Shown here piece by piece: positions 29,522 through 37,867 of a stretch of DNA of 60,478 bases. Made by a program: the position numbers and the translations under genes. Where the stretch lies: assembly GCA_035525045.1 (NCBI GenBank), contig DATLEX010000304.1, forward strand, positions 1 through 60,478. Direction: 5' to 3'. The notes under the pieces were generated by a model. It had not been told where the DNA came from, searched no databases, and was given only the letters and a program-made list of their open reading frames with translations. This DNA comes from Thermoanaerobaculia bacterium (GTDB taxonomy: Bacteria > Acidobacteriota > Thermoanaerobaculia > Gp7-AA8). The stretch's first letter is position 1. Each line of letters starts with the position of its first letter.

Positions 29522-29557
29522 CGTGAGCTCCTCTTGCTGCCGCGCGCGGCAACAAAG

Positions 29558-30118
29558 TCAAACGTCTTTCTTCTTCATCTGGTCGCGCAGCCCGCGCAGA
29601 GCGTCCCAGCGATCGTCGACCATCGACATTTCGCACCGGCACGACTCGCGCGAGCGACTCGCCCCACACACGGGACAAAGACCGAGACAGCTCTCCTCGC
29701 ACAACGGCTTCATCGGAATGGAGAGCTGAAACTGTTCCAACGCCAGATCCTTCAGCGGAATCGTGCGCTGGCTGTAAAACTCGACGTCGAGCTCCGCGGC
29801 CTCGCCGATCTCGACTTCCTCGGTTTCCTCTCCCGAAGGCTCCGGACGGGGCTGGAATCTTACGTGAAAGCTCGAAGAGGACGCAAACGGGTACGGCTCC
29901 ACGCACCGCGAGCAATTCAGGTCCGCCGTGAATCGCGCCGACCCGTCCACGACGTACTCGCGGGGCAGGTTGCCCTTCTCGGCGCGAGCCTCGATCTGCA
30001 CCGAGCCGGCGCCGGCCACCTCGATGCGGTCGATCTCGGCCAGAGAAAGCTCGTACGTCCCGCGGTAGCTCTGCGGGCCGTCCTTGTCGATGTCGTCGAA
30101 GACGATGAGGTCCTTCAT
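29558..30118 (-). CDS. yceD: YceD/DUF177 family protein (large-subunit rRNA accumulation protein)
   Basis: Conserved position upstream of rpmF-plsX. C-terminal Cys cluster CEESCLGLCPVCG...CRC. Confidence 0.85.
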   Translation of the reverse strand: MKDLIVFDDIDKDGPQSYRGTYELSLAEIDRIEVAGAGSVQIEARAEKGNLPREYVVDGSARFTADLNCSRCVEPYPFASSSSFHVRFQPRPEPSGEETEEVEIGEAAELDVEFYSQRTIPLKDLALEQFQLSIPMKPLCEESCLGLCPVCGASRSRESCRCEMSMVDDRWDALRGLRDQMKKKDV

Positions 30119-30175
30119 GGTGGTGCGTCGCGTGGGGAGCGGCGGATTCCCCCCTAACCTGTTGAGCCGGCGGAT

Positions 30176-31390
30176 CTATTTCGCCGTGATCCGCACCCGC
30201 AGCTCCTCCCCCTCCCCCTCCCGGGCGAGAGCCGCCTCGATCACGCCGGCCCCCCGCATGTGCCCGATCCACGCCCGCAGATCGCGCACGGACCGGTAGA
30301 GGCGCGGCGCCGTCAAGCGCAGCCCGATGCTCTCCCCGAGCCCCTCCAGAACCGGAACCATCCGGCCCGCGTCGATCCGCACCGCCCACTCGGTCGCGGG
30401 AAAGGGGAGCTCGCTGAACTGCTCGGCCCCATAAACGCCCAGGCTGGTCCGGTCGAGGGAGATCAGGATCCGTCCGTCGCGATACGCGACCTCCCCGAAC
30501 ATCTCGGCCACGGTCGAGAGCCGCCTGGCGCTCGCGCGCGCTTCCGGGCTGTCGGCGATGACGAAGAGCCCTCGAAGGCGCGGCAGCAGCCGGCGCGACT
30601 CGACGTCGTAGAGGACGATCGATCCGCCGTCGCTGAGCAGGGCCGTGACATCCCCGGGGAGCAGCCGGTCGAGGTCGGCCACCAGCCGCGGCGGGTCGCC
30701 GAACCACGAGCTGAGGAGCGCGCCGCGCGGCAGGGTCACGGTGCGGTGGCCGGAGCCGGCGGGGCTGTCGTTCCGCGCGCGCGAGACGATCACGATCTCC
30801 CGCGGATGCACCGACACGGTCGAGAGCGCGGGGCGGGCGATGGGAGGGAACATCTGGGCGTCCCGCCGCTGCACGAGAACCGCGTCGCCGCCGTCCATCC
30901 CGGCGGCGAGGCGGAGGAGGGGCTCCAGCTCCGCATCGCCGAGGGGGAGACCGGAAGGAGGGGCGCCGATCACGAAGTTCGTTCCCTCGGCGTGCATCGA
31001 CGACCCGGTCAGGAAGACGTAGCCACGCAGCAGCAGGGCCCGTAGCGGGTCGAGCCGGAAGGCGTAGGCAACCCCGCCGGAAGACCGCCATGACAGAAGG
31101 TCGGCGCCGCCGAGCATCCACCGCGGCGGGAGCGGGCGCTCACGGGTCCAGGTCTCGACCGCCTCGCGGGCGAGCGGGTTCCGGCGCAGTCGCGCATGCG
31201 CCGCGGCAGCCGTGGGGATCAGGGCGAAGGCGTCGGCGTCGGCCGGGACGGCGGCGAGCAGCTCGCGCTGCGCCGGGGAAAGGGGGAAGCGGACCCCGGC
31301 GCTCGAGCGCGGCGTGGTGGCGACGAGATAGCCGCCCAGCGCGGCGGCGACCAGCGCGACGATGCCGAGGACAAGGATGAACTTCCGCAC
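30176..31390 (-). CDS. Hypothetical exported/membrane-anchored protein (404 aa)
   Basis: GTG start. N-terminal anchor MRKFILVLGIVALVAAALGGYLV. Balanced composition. No recognised motif. Confidence 0.65.
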   Translation of the reverse strand: MRKFILVLGIVALVAAALGGYLVATTPRSSAGVRFPLSPAQRELLAAVPADADAFALIPTAAAAHARLRRNPLAREAVETWTRERPLPPRWMLGGADLLSWRSSGGVAYAFRLDPLRALLLRGYVFLTGSSMHAEGTNFVIGAPPSGLPLGDAELEPLLRLAAGMDGGDAVLVQRRDAQMFPPIARPALSTVSVHPREIVIVSRARNDSPAGSGHRTVTLPRGALLSSWFGDPPRLVADLDRLLPGDVTALLSDGGSIVLYDVESRRLLPRLRGLFVIADSPEARASARRLSTVAEMFGEVAYRDGRILISLDRTSLGVYGAEQFSELPFPATEWAVRIDAGRMVPVLEGLGESIGLRLTAPRLYRSVRDLRAWIGHMRGAGVIEAALAREGEGEELRVRITAK

Positions 31391-31411
31391 CTGCTAGTAT
31401 CCGCCTCCGTG

Positions 31412-32620
31412 ATGTGGCCGACCGTTCGCGACGTCGTTCACACTCTGAGCCACGCCGCGGCCGAGCGCCTGGAACGGGCCGCCGGCCACGCTGTCCGCCG
31501 CGACGGCAGGCTCAGAATCGGGGTCGACATCCGCCCCTTCTACGAGCCGCTGACCGGCGTCGGCTGGTATCTGTACCACCTTCTGCATCATCTCGCCCGC
31601 CGCGACGACGTGGAGCTGGTCCTGCTGGGCGACGCCCGCGTGACGGACGAGGGCCCGCGGCTCCACGCCGATCTCCCCCCATCGGCCCGCCTCTGCGTGT
31701 TCGATCTGCGAGGGCGGCCGCGGTCCCGTGCGGCCCGGTCGCTGACGGCGGGGGCCTACGTGCTCTGGATGTGGCTCCTCGACTGCGATCTGATCTTCGG
31801 GGCCAATTACTTCCTGCCGCGCCTGATGTCGGCGGTGGCGCGCCGGCGGGTGATCACCATTCACGATCTCACCTACAAACGATTTCCCGAGCTCCTGCAG
31901 AAGGAGACGCTGCACAACCTCGGCTCGCATATGATGCGCGAGATCGCGGCGGCGGACGCCGTCATCTGCGTCTCGAAGTCGACGCGCCGCGATCTGCTCG
32001 AGTTCTACCAGATCGATCCGGCCCGCGTGGTGGTCATCCACTCCGGGCTGCCGGCGCTCCCCGACCCCGAGCCGGTGCCGGGGCTCCCGCCGCGCTACAT
32101 CCTCTTCGTCAGCACCATCGAGCCGCGCAAGAACCTCGGCGTGCTCCTCGACGCGTTCGCCCGCCTGCGGAGAGGCGGCCGATACGACGGCTCGCTGGTC
32201 GTGGCCGGGAAGATCGGGTGGAAGGCGGACGCCATCGCCCGGCGGCTCGCCGAGCCGGGCGTGGTGCACCTCGACTACGTCCCCCCTGCGCAGCTCGCGG
32301 CGCTGTATCGAGGAGCGGAGGTCTTCGTCCTTCCGTCCCTCTACGAGGGGTTCGGCTTTCCGATGCTCGAGGCCATGGCTCACGGGACCCCGGTGATCGC
32401 GGCGAGGTCGTCGTCGCTTCCCGAGATCGGCGGCGAGGCGGGGCTCTACTTCGATCCCCGCGACACCGGCGGGCTGGTCGCCGCGCTGGAACGGATCGCC
32501 GGCGACGGGGCGCTGCGCGAGGAGATGATCGCCCGGGGCCGGACGCAGGCGTCCCTCTTCCGATGGGAAACGGCGGCGGAGCAGACGATGGATGTGTTCC
32601 GCCGCGCCGCCGGGAAGTAG
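31412..32620 (+). CDS. Glycosyltransferase family 4 (GT-B, GT1-type C-domain)
   Basis: RIGVDIRPF...GVGWY. EGFGFPMLEAMAHGTPVIA (Ex7E region). ATG 31412 (GTG 31409 is also in frame). Confidence 0.85.
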   Translation: MWPTVRDVVHTLSHAAAERLERAAGHAVRRDGRLRIGVDIRPFYEPLTGVGWYLYHLLHHLARRDDVELVLLGDARVTDEGPRLHADLPPSARLCVFDLRGRPRSRAARSLTAGAYVLWMWLLDCDLIFGANYFLPRLMSAVARRRVITIHDLTYKRFPELLQKETLHNLGSHMMREIAAADAVICVSKSTRRDLLEFYQIDPARVVVIHSGLPALPDPEPVPGLPPRYILFVSTIEPRKNLGVLLDAFARLRRGGRYDGSLVVAGKIGWKADAIARRLAEPGVVHLDYVPPAQLAALYRGAEVFVLPSLYEGFGFPMLEAMAHGTPVIAARSSSLPEIGGEAGLYFDPRDTGGLVAALERIAGDGALREEMIARGRTQASLFRWETAAEQTMDVFRRAAGK

Positions 32621-32630
32621 AGTGGCTCCG

Positions 32631-33656
32631 ATGCAGCTCGAGGTGGTCATCGACGGGCGTCCGCTGGTGGGGAACCGCACCGGCATCGGCGTCCACACCG
32701 CGGAGATCGCCAGGCGCCTCGACGTCGTGCCGCCGCCGCTGATCGGCTCGCACGCGGAGATCGCCGACCGCTCCGGCCTCGAGGGCTGCCGCTTCCTCGC
32801 CGACCGTTACCCCCTTGGAGTGATGTGGCAGCAGATGGCCCTGCCCCACATCGAGGGCGACGTCGTGTGGGGGCCGCACGGCACGCTCCCGCTGGCCCTG
32901 CGCCGCCCGGCCGTGGTCACCATCCACGACTTCACCTCGATCACCATGCCCGGACGGCATCTGCTCAAGACCATCCTCTCGTTCAACCTCTTCATCGGGC
33001 GCAGCCTGGAGATGGCGGCGCGCGTGGCGGCCGTGTCGAGGGCCGCGGCCGACGAGACGATGCGGGGGTTCGGCGTGCCCGCCTCGAAGATCGAGCTCGT
33101 GCCGAACGGCGTCGACGAGTTCTTCACCCCCGGGGGCGAGGAGGGCGACTACCTCCTCTACGCCGGGACGCTCGAGCCGCGGAAGGGCGTGGACGACCTC
33201 CTCGCCGTGTGGCGGTCGCTGGCGGCGCCCCGGCCGCGGCTTCTCCTGGCCGGCGATGCCGGGTGGCGGACGCGCGTCCGCGCCGAGAACGGAGTGGAAG
33301 TGCTGGGGTTCGTCTCGCGCGAGCGGCTGCGCGATCTGTACCGCAGTGCCCTGCTGTTCGTCTACCCGTCGCACAGCGAGGGGTTCGGACTGCCGCCCCT
33401 CGAGGCGCTGGCATGCGGCGCGCCGGTGGTGGCCACGCGGACGGGGGCGATCCCCGACTTCGCGGGCGACGCCGCGCTGCTCGTGCCGCCCGGCTCGCGC
33501 CACGCTCTGCGGGAGGCGGTGGTGAGGGTGCTGACCGACGCGGCGCTCCGCCGCGAGCTGCGCCTGCGCGGCCCCGAGCGCGCCCGGCTCTACCGCTGGG
33601 ACCAGAGCGCGCGGACGATGACCCGGCTGCTGGCCGAGGCGGCGCAATGCGGATAG
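32631..33656 (+). CDS. Glycosyltransferase family 4
   Basis: MQLEVVIDGRPLVGNRTGIGV. EGFGLPPLEALACGAPVVA. Confidence 0.85.
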   Translation: MQLEVVIDGRPLVGNRTGIGVHTAEIARRLDVVPPPLIGSHAEIADRSGLEGCRFLADRYPLGVMWQQMALPHIEGDVVWGPHGTLPLALRRPAVVTIHDFTSITMPGRHLLKTILSFNLFIGRSLEMAARVAAVSRAAADETMRGFGVPASKIELVPNGVDEFFTPGGEEGDYLLYAGTLEPRKGVDDLLAVWRSLAAPRPRLLLAGDAGWRTRVRAENGVEVLGFVSRERLRDLYRSALLFVYPSHSEGFGLPPLEALACGAPVVATRTGAIPDFAGDAALLVPPGSRHALREAVVRVLTDAALRRELRLRGPERARLYRWDQSARTMTRLLAEAAQCG

Positions 33657-34669
33657 GCATCGACGCCCGAAAGATCGGCGACTTCGGGATCGGCACTTAC
33701 ATCCGGGGCCTCCTGGGAGGGCTGGCGCGGTACGCCGACGAGGAGGACTACGTCGTCCTGGCTCCGGCCGCGGCCCGGCCGCTCATCCCCCGGCGCTTCG
33801 AGCACGTGGTCCTCGACGCGCCGCACTACTCGATCCGCGAGCTCTTCCTGGTCGGGCAGGCGGTGAGGCGCGCGGCGATCGATCTGCTGCATGCGCCGCA
33901 CTACGTCATCCCGCTGACCCGCCGCCCGGTGGTGGTGACCATCCACGACCTGATCCACCTCCATCAGAGGCATGGCAACCCGTTCGCCTCGCTCTATGCG
34001 CGGACGATGCTGGCCCGGGCCGTGCGCAGGAGCGCGCACATCCTCACCGTCACCGAGGCGGTGAAGCGGGAGATCGTGGCGAGGTTCGGCTGCCCGGCCT
34101 CGAAGGTGACGGTGACGCCGAACGGCGTGGACGAGCGGTTCCGGGCCGCAGGGCCGAACGCTCATCCCTCCCCCTACTTCCTCTACGCCGGCAACGACAA
34201 GCCGCACAAGAACGTCGACCGGCTGGTTGAGGCCTTCGCCCTCGTGCGCGGACGCCGCGGCGAGACGGCGCTGGTGCTGGCGGGCAGCCGCTTCGAGCGG
34301 CATCAGGGGCGCGACGGCGTCATCACCCCCGGCTTCGTCGACGAGACGGAGCTGGCCTCGCTCTATCGCGGGGCGCTGGCGCTGGTGCAGCCGAGCATCG
34401 AGGAAGGATTCGGGCTGCCTGCCGCGGAGGCCATGGCCTCCGGCGTGGCGGTGATCACCTCGACGGCGCCGGCGCTGGTGGAGATCACCGGCGACGCGGC
34501 GCTGCACGCGGACGCGTTCTCGATCGAGTCGCTGGCGGAGGCCATGCTGCGCATCGCCGGCGACGACGAGCTGCGGCTGCTGCTGGCGCGGCGCGGCATG
34601 GAACGAGCGCGGTCGATGACGTGGGACCGATGCGCGGAATCGACGCGGGGCGTGTACCTGGCCATGTGA
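33647..34669 (+). CDS. Glycosyltransferase family 4
   Basis: MRIGIDARKIGDFGIGTYIRG. EGFGLPAAEAMASGVAVIT. The start overlaps the previous GT by 10 nt. Confidence 0.85.
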   Translation: MRIGIDARKIGDFGIGTYIRGLLGGLARYADEEDYVVLAPAAARPLIPRRFEHVVLDAPHYSIRELFLVGQAVRRAAIDLLHAPHYVIPLTRRPVVVTIHDLIHLHQRHGNPFASLYARTMLARAVRRSAHILTVTEAVKREIVARFGCPASKVTVTPNGVDERFRAAGPNAHPSPYFLYAGNDKPHKNVDRLVEAFALVRGRRGETALVLAGSRFERHQGRDGVITPGFVDETELASLYRGALALVQPSIEEGFGLPAAEAMASGVAVITSTAPALVEITGDAALHADAFSIESLAEAMLRIAGDDELRLLLARRGMERARSMTWDRCAESTRGVYLAM

Positions 34670-34718
34670 AACAGCGTGGAACACCCGCGTCCCATTTTGA
34701 TTTTGATAAACAAATGTC

Positions 34719-34747
34719 TTGACAATATCTTTTATTGATCGCATATT
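34719..34747 (+). promoter_or_regulatory. Strong sigma70-type promoter: TTGACA, 17 nt, CATATT, with an upstream A/T (UP-like) tract
   Basis: TTGACA at 34719-34724 and CATATT at 34742-34747. The upstream attttgattttgataaacaaatg is very AT-rich in a GC-rich genome. Confidence 0.5.
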
Positions 34748-34935
34748 TACGACTAGAAAAATGATGATCGCCAGAAACTGGACGATGAAGTCAAAGACTG
34801 TTGATGGTCGTCAGCATCGGTGTCCCCTCTTTTTCCCCTCCCGAACGAAATCAAGTCTGCCGGCGCAATCCGGCGCTTTTTGCCAAGAAGACGCGACCGG
34901 GAGGTCCCGTACGGCATGAAAGGTGGTGAGTTCTG

Positions 34936-34995
34936 ATGGCAGCCAAGAAGAAGTCTTCCAAGAAGGCCAGCAAGAAGTCCTCGAAGAAGAGATAA
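34936..34995 (+). CDS. 19-codon Lys/Ser-rich mini-ORF (MAAKKKSSKKASKKSSKKR): tiny polycationic protein or regulatory leader peptide
   Basis: ATG preceded by AAAGGTGGTGA (34919-34929, 6-nt spacing). Nine Lys, all AAG. TAA at 34993-34995. A perfect intrinsic terminator lies 30 nt downstream. Too short for statistical gene calling. Confidence 0.45.
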   Translation: MAAKKKSSKKASKKSSKKR

Positions 34996-35024
34996 CCATC
35001 ACCACATATCTGGGGAGTTGTTTC

Positions 35025-35052
35025 GCGGGGCCTTCGGGCCCCGCACCTTTTT
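35025..35052 (+). terminator. Rho-independent terminator GCGGGGCC-TTCG-GGCCCCGC followed by ACC-TTTTT
   Basis: An 8-bp perfect GC stem with a TTCG tetraloop and a T5 tract, read directly. Confidence 0.7.
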
Positions 35053-35097
35053 GGGGACCCGGGCAACTTTTTGTCCCCCTCATCCGTTCTAAAGAAC

Positions 35098-35757
35098 ATG
35101 CGCGCAGCCATCGCCGTCGCCCTTTTCCTCAGCACCGCCTCCGCCATGGCCGAGGAGCGGGTCCTCAACCGCTTCGAGTCCTCCGCCGCCGGGCCGGCCG
35201 TTCGCCGGGTGGTGGTCGACCTCCCCTCCGCGGAGCTGATTATCCGCAACGGCCCGCCGGGCCGCCTCGCCCTCACGGGCGTCGTCACCCGTGAGCCCGA
35301 CGGCCTCCGCAGCCGCGACAAGCAGCAGCGAATCGTCAACGACACCAGCGTGGAGATTTACCTGCGAGGTGAGGAGGCCATCGTCCGCCGCCACTTCGGC
35401 CCGCAGGCCCAGGGATGGCGCGCCCAGTCCTTCAGCGACTACAAGGTGTCCCTGGAACTGCCGCCGGGCGTGAACCTCGACGTCAAGACCCGCACCGGCG
35501 ACGTCTCCATCGAGGGCGCCTTCGGCGACGTCGACGTCGACCTCCGCGCCGGGGAAGTCGACGTGCGCCTCCCCCGCGCCGATGTCCGCGAGCTCCGCGC
35601 CTCCTGCCGCATCGGCGAGGTGCGGACCAACATCGGCAATGAGATCGTCGAGCGGGAGGGCCTCTTCCCCGGCCGGACCCGCTACCTCAACCCCGAGGGC
35701 CGCTACTTCGTGAACGTCCATGCCACCGTGGGGGAAGTGCGGGTCGAGCTGAAGTGA
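35098..35757 (+). CDS. DUF4097-like (putative adhesin / toastrack beta-helix) exported protein
   Basis: Signal peptide MRAAIAVALFLSTASAMA. Repetitive GDVSIEGAFGDVDVDLRAGEVDVRLPRADVRELRASCRIGEVR pattern typical of the family (recollection). Confidence 0.72.
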   Translation: MRAAIAVALFLSTASAMAEERVLNRFESSAAGPAVRRVVVDLPSAELIIRNGPPGRLALTGVVTREPDGLRSRDKQQRIVNDTSVEIYLRGEEAIVRRHFGPQAQGWRAQSFSDYKVSLELPPGVNLDVKTRTGDVSIEGAFGDVDVDLRAGEVDVRLPRADVRELRASCRIGEVRTNIGNEIVEREGLFPGRTRYLNPEGRYFVNVHATVGEVRVELK

Positions 35758-35800
35758 ATCCTTTTTCCTCCGATCGGGCTCTCTCGATCAGGAGGAACGA

Positions 35801-36013
35801 ATGAACAGGCTCTTTCCGCGCAACGAACACACCATCGAACGCTTCATCCGCGTCATCCTCGGCGCCGCCATCCTCTCCCTGGCCTTCGTCGGTCCGGCCA
35901 CCCCCTGGGCGTACCTCGGCGTCATTCCCATCGCCACCGGGCTGCTCGGAAGCTGCCCGCTCTACACCCTGCTCGGCATCAGTACCTGTCCCCTGAAAAC
36001 CAGATCCGCATGA
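35801..36013 (+). CDS. DUF2892 (YgaP C-terminal-like) small membrane protein
   Basis: ERFIRVILGAAILSLAFVG...GVIPIATGLLGSCPLYTLLGISTCP. Two TM segments with the conserved G-x-CP-x-Y motif. The ATGA overlaps the sigma gene. Confidence 0.72.
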   Translation: MNRLFPRNEHTIERFIRVILGAAILSLAFVGPATPWAYLGVIPIATGLLGSCPLYTLLGISTCPLKTRSA

Positions 36014-36564
36014 TCTTGTCGGACGCCGAGCTGCTGGCCAGAACGGCCGCCGGCGACCGGGAGGCGCTCGAAGGGCTCGTCTCCCGGCACGAGGCGGCCG
36101 TCTTTCGCTTCGCGCGCGCCGTGACCGGCGACCACGCCGCCGCCGAAGACGTCCTGCAGGAGACGTTCGTGTCGGTGTGGAAGCATGCCGGATCATTCCG
36201 CGGGGCGGAGTCCGCTCGAGGGTGGATCCTCATCATCGCCCGCAACGCCGCCCACCGGCAGTTCAGGCGTCACGCCGGCGAGCCGGAGAGCTTCCAGCCG
36301 CTGGCCGACCTTGGTGCGGAGGCCGGATGGGCGGCACACGACCCCCGCCTTCCCGAGCGGCTGGCCGACCGGCAACTGGTGGAGATGGGGTTCCGCGACC
36401 TCGCCCCGGAGGAGAGAGAGATCCTGATCCTCCGCGAGGTCGAGGGGTTCTCGGGAGACGAGGTTGCCGGCATGCTCGGACTGTCCGTGGCGGCGATGAA
36501 GAGCCGCCTGCACCGGGCACGGTTGCGGTTCCTGGCAAACGTAAGGGAGAAGACCAATGTCTGA
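36010..36564 (+). CDS. ECF (group 4) RNA polymerase sigma factor
   Basis: Region 2 ALEGLVSRHEAAVFRFARAVTGDHAAAEDVLQETFVSVWKHAGSF. Region 4 LAPEEREILILREVEGFSGDEVAGMLGLSVAAMKSRLHRAR. Confidence 0.9.
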   Translation: MILSDAELLARTAAGDREALEGLVSRHEAAVFRFARAVTGDHAAAEDVLQETFVSVWKHAGSFRGAESARGWILIIARNAAHRQFRRHAGEPESFQPLADLGAEAGWAAHDPRLPERLADRQLVEMGFRDLAPEEREILILREVEGFSGDEVAGMLGLSVAAMKSRLHRARLRFLANVREKTNV

Positions 36565-36805
36565 CGAACGGATCGTGGCCGGCCTTCGGTGCAGTGATGT
36601 CCTCGCCCAGCTTTCGGCGTTCATCGACGGCGAGCTCGATCACGCCGAGCGCGAACGGATCGAAGCCCACCTGCGGGGGTGCGACTGGTGCGAGCGGTTC
36701 GGCGGCGACTTCGCCTTCTCCGTGGCTGCCCTCCGGCGGCAGCTTCGGACGGAGGAGGAGCTGCCCGACGAGGTGCGCTCACGTCTGCGCGCGAGGCTTC
36801 GCTGA
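36557..36805 (+). CDS. Soluble zinc-binding anti-sigma factor (ZAS, RsrA-like)
   Basis: 82 aa with no TM segment. H38-x3-C42-x2-C45 (HLRGCDWC) plus C12. The start overlaps the sigma gene by 8 nt. Confidence 0.8.
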   Translation: MSDERIVAGLRCSDVLAQLSAFIDGELDHAERERIEAHLRGCDWCERFGGDFAFSVAALRRQLRTEEELPDEVRSRLRARLR

Positions 36806-37867
36806 GGGTCCCGCCGCCGAGCGGACGAGGGCCTCGGCTTCCTCGCGCGAGCGGACCTCGCCGCGAATCTGGGCTCCCAGGAGTGCGCGCTTGATCCGTC
36901 CCAGCTCCGGCCCCGGCCCGAGGCCGGTGAGCGCGCCGATCTCCTCCCCCGCCAGCATCGGCCGGATCGAGAAGTCGGGCAGCTCCACCCGGTCGTCCCG
37001 CTCCAGCGCCCGCAGGACTGCCGGCAGTTGCCGGGCCACCGCCTCTCCGGCGTCGTAGAGCGCCATCCGGCGGTCGCCCTCCATCGCCATCAGTTGCCGC
37101 AGCGACACGACCTCCCGAAGGAGGCCGGCGCTCCACCGCCACCGCCTGGCGAAGGGCTTCGGCTCGCTGACGAGGATGGCCATTGCGCCGGCGAGGGAGA
37201 CGTCGTCCGCCGCGAAGGAGGCCGCGTCGAAGGTCCGCCCGAAGAGCGGCACATCGAGGCCGGTCCGCCGCAGCAGATCGACCGCGCGCCGGAAACGGGC
37301 GGCGGAGAAGATGACCGACAGCTCGTAGCTCACCCGCTCGGGAGCCACGGAGGTGATGCTCGCGGCGCGCTCCCGAATGGCATGCAGCGTCGCCTCCTCG
37401 ACCTCGAAGTCGAACCGCACGGCCATCCGCACGCCCTTGAGGCAGCGCAGCGGGTCGTCGTCGAAGTTGCCGGGATCGACCATGCGCACCAGCCGGCGGC
37501 GAAGGTCGGCCTCGCCGCCGTGCGGGTCGAGAAAGCGCCCGTCGGCGAGCGCGACGGCCATGGCGTTCACGGTGAAGTCGCGACGGGCGAGGTCGGCGCC
37601 GATCTCGCCGTCGAGAAGGGCGGCGAAATCGTAGAGGTGGCCGCCGTCGACGACGCGCCAGGCGCTGAGGTGATCGGTGGTGCCGAGCCGGATCGGCTTC
37701 GAGCCGGTCCGGGCCGCGGCGGCTGCGGGGTCGAGGCAGGAGACGTCGACGTCGGCTGGCGAGAGGCCGAGGAGGAGATCGCGGATCGCGCCGCCGACGA
37801 CCCAGCAACCCGGCGGCAGGGCGGCCAGGCGCGGATAGCGGCGAAGGAGGTCTTCACGCAACGACAT
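36779..37867 (-). CDS. tRNA nucleotidyltransferase / poly(A) polymerase family protein (CCA-adding type, no HD domain)
   Basis: CWVVGGAIRDLLLGLSPADVDV (GGxxRDxLLG...DxD). 362 aa. Confidence 0.85.
   Translation of the reverse strand: MSLREDLLRRYPRLAALPPGCWVVGGAIRDLLLGLSPADVDVSCLDPAAAAARTGSKPIRLGTTDHLSAWRVVDGGHLYDFAALLDGEIGADLARRDFTVNAMAVALADGRFLDPHGGEADLRRRLVRMVDPGNFDDDPLRCLKGVRMAVRFDFEVEEATLHAIRERAASITSVAPERVSYELSVIFSAARFRRAVDLLRRTGLDVPLFGRTFDAASFAADDVSLAGAMAILVSEPKPFARRWRWSAGLLREVVSLRQLMAMEGDRRMALYDAGEAVARQLPAVLRALERDDRVELPDFSIRPMLAGEEIGALTGLGPGPELGRIKRALLGAQIRGEVRSREEAEALVRSAAGPSAKPRAQT

Noticed and set aside
34719-35294. ORF-track entries 34719..34919 (66 aa) and 34923..35294 (123 aa) in the AT-rich leader region
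   Set aside because: The first starts on the TTG of the -35 hexamer, has poor codon usage and has no SD. The second is off-frame to the SD-preceded mini-ORF, runs through the terminator hairpin and overlaps the DUF4097 gene in another frame.
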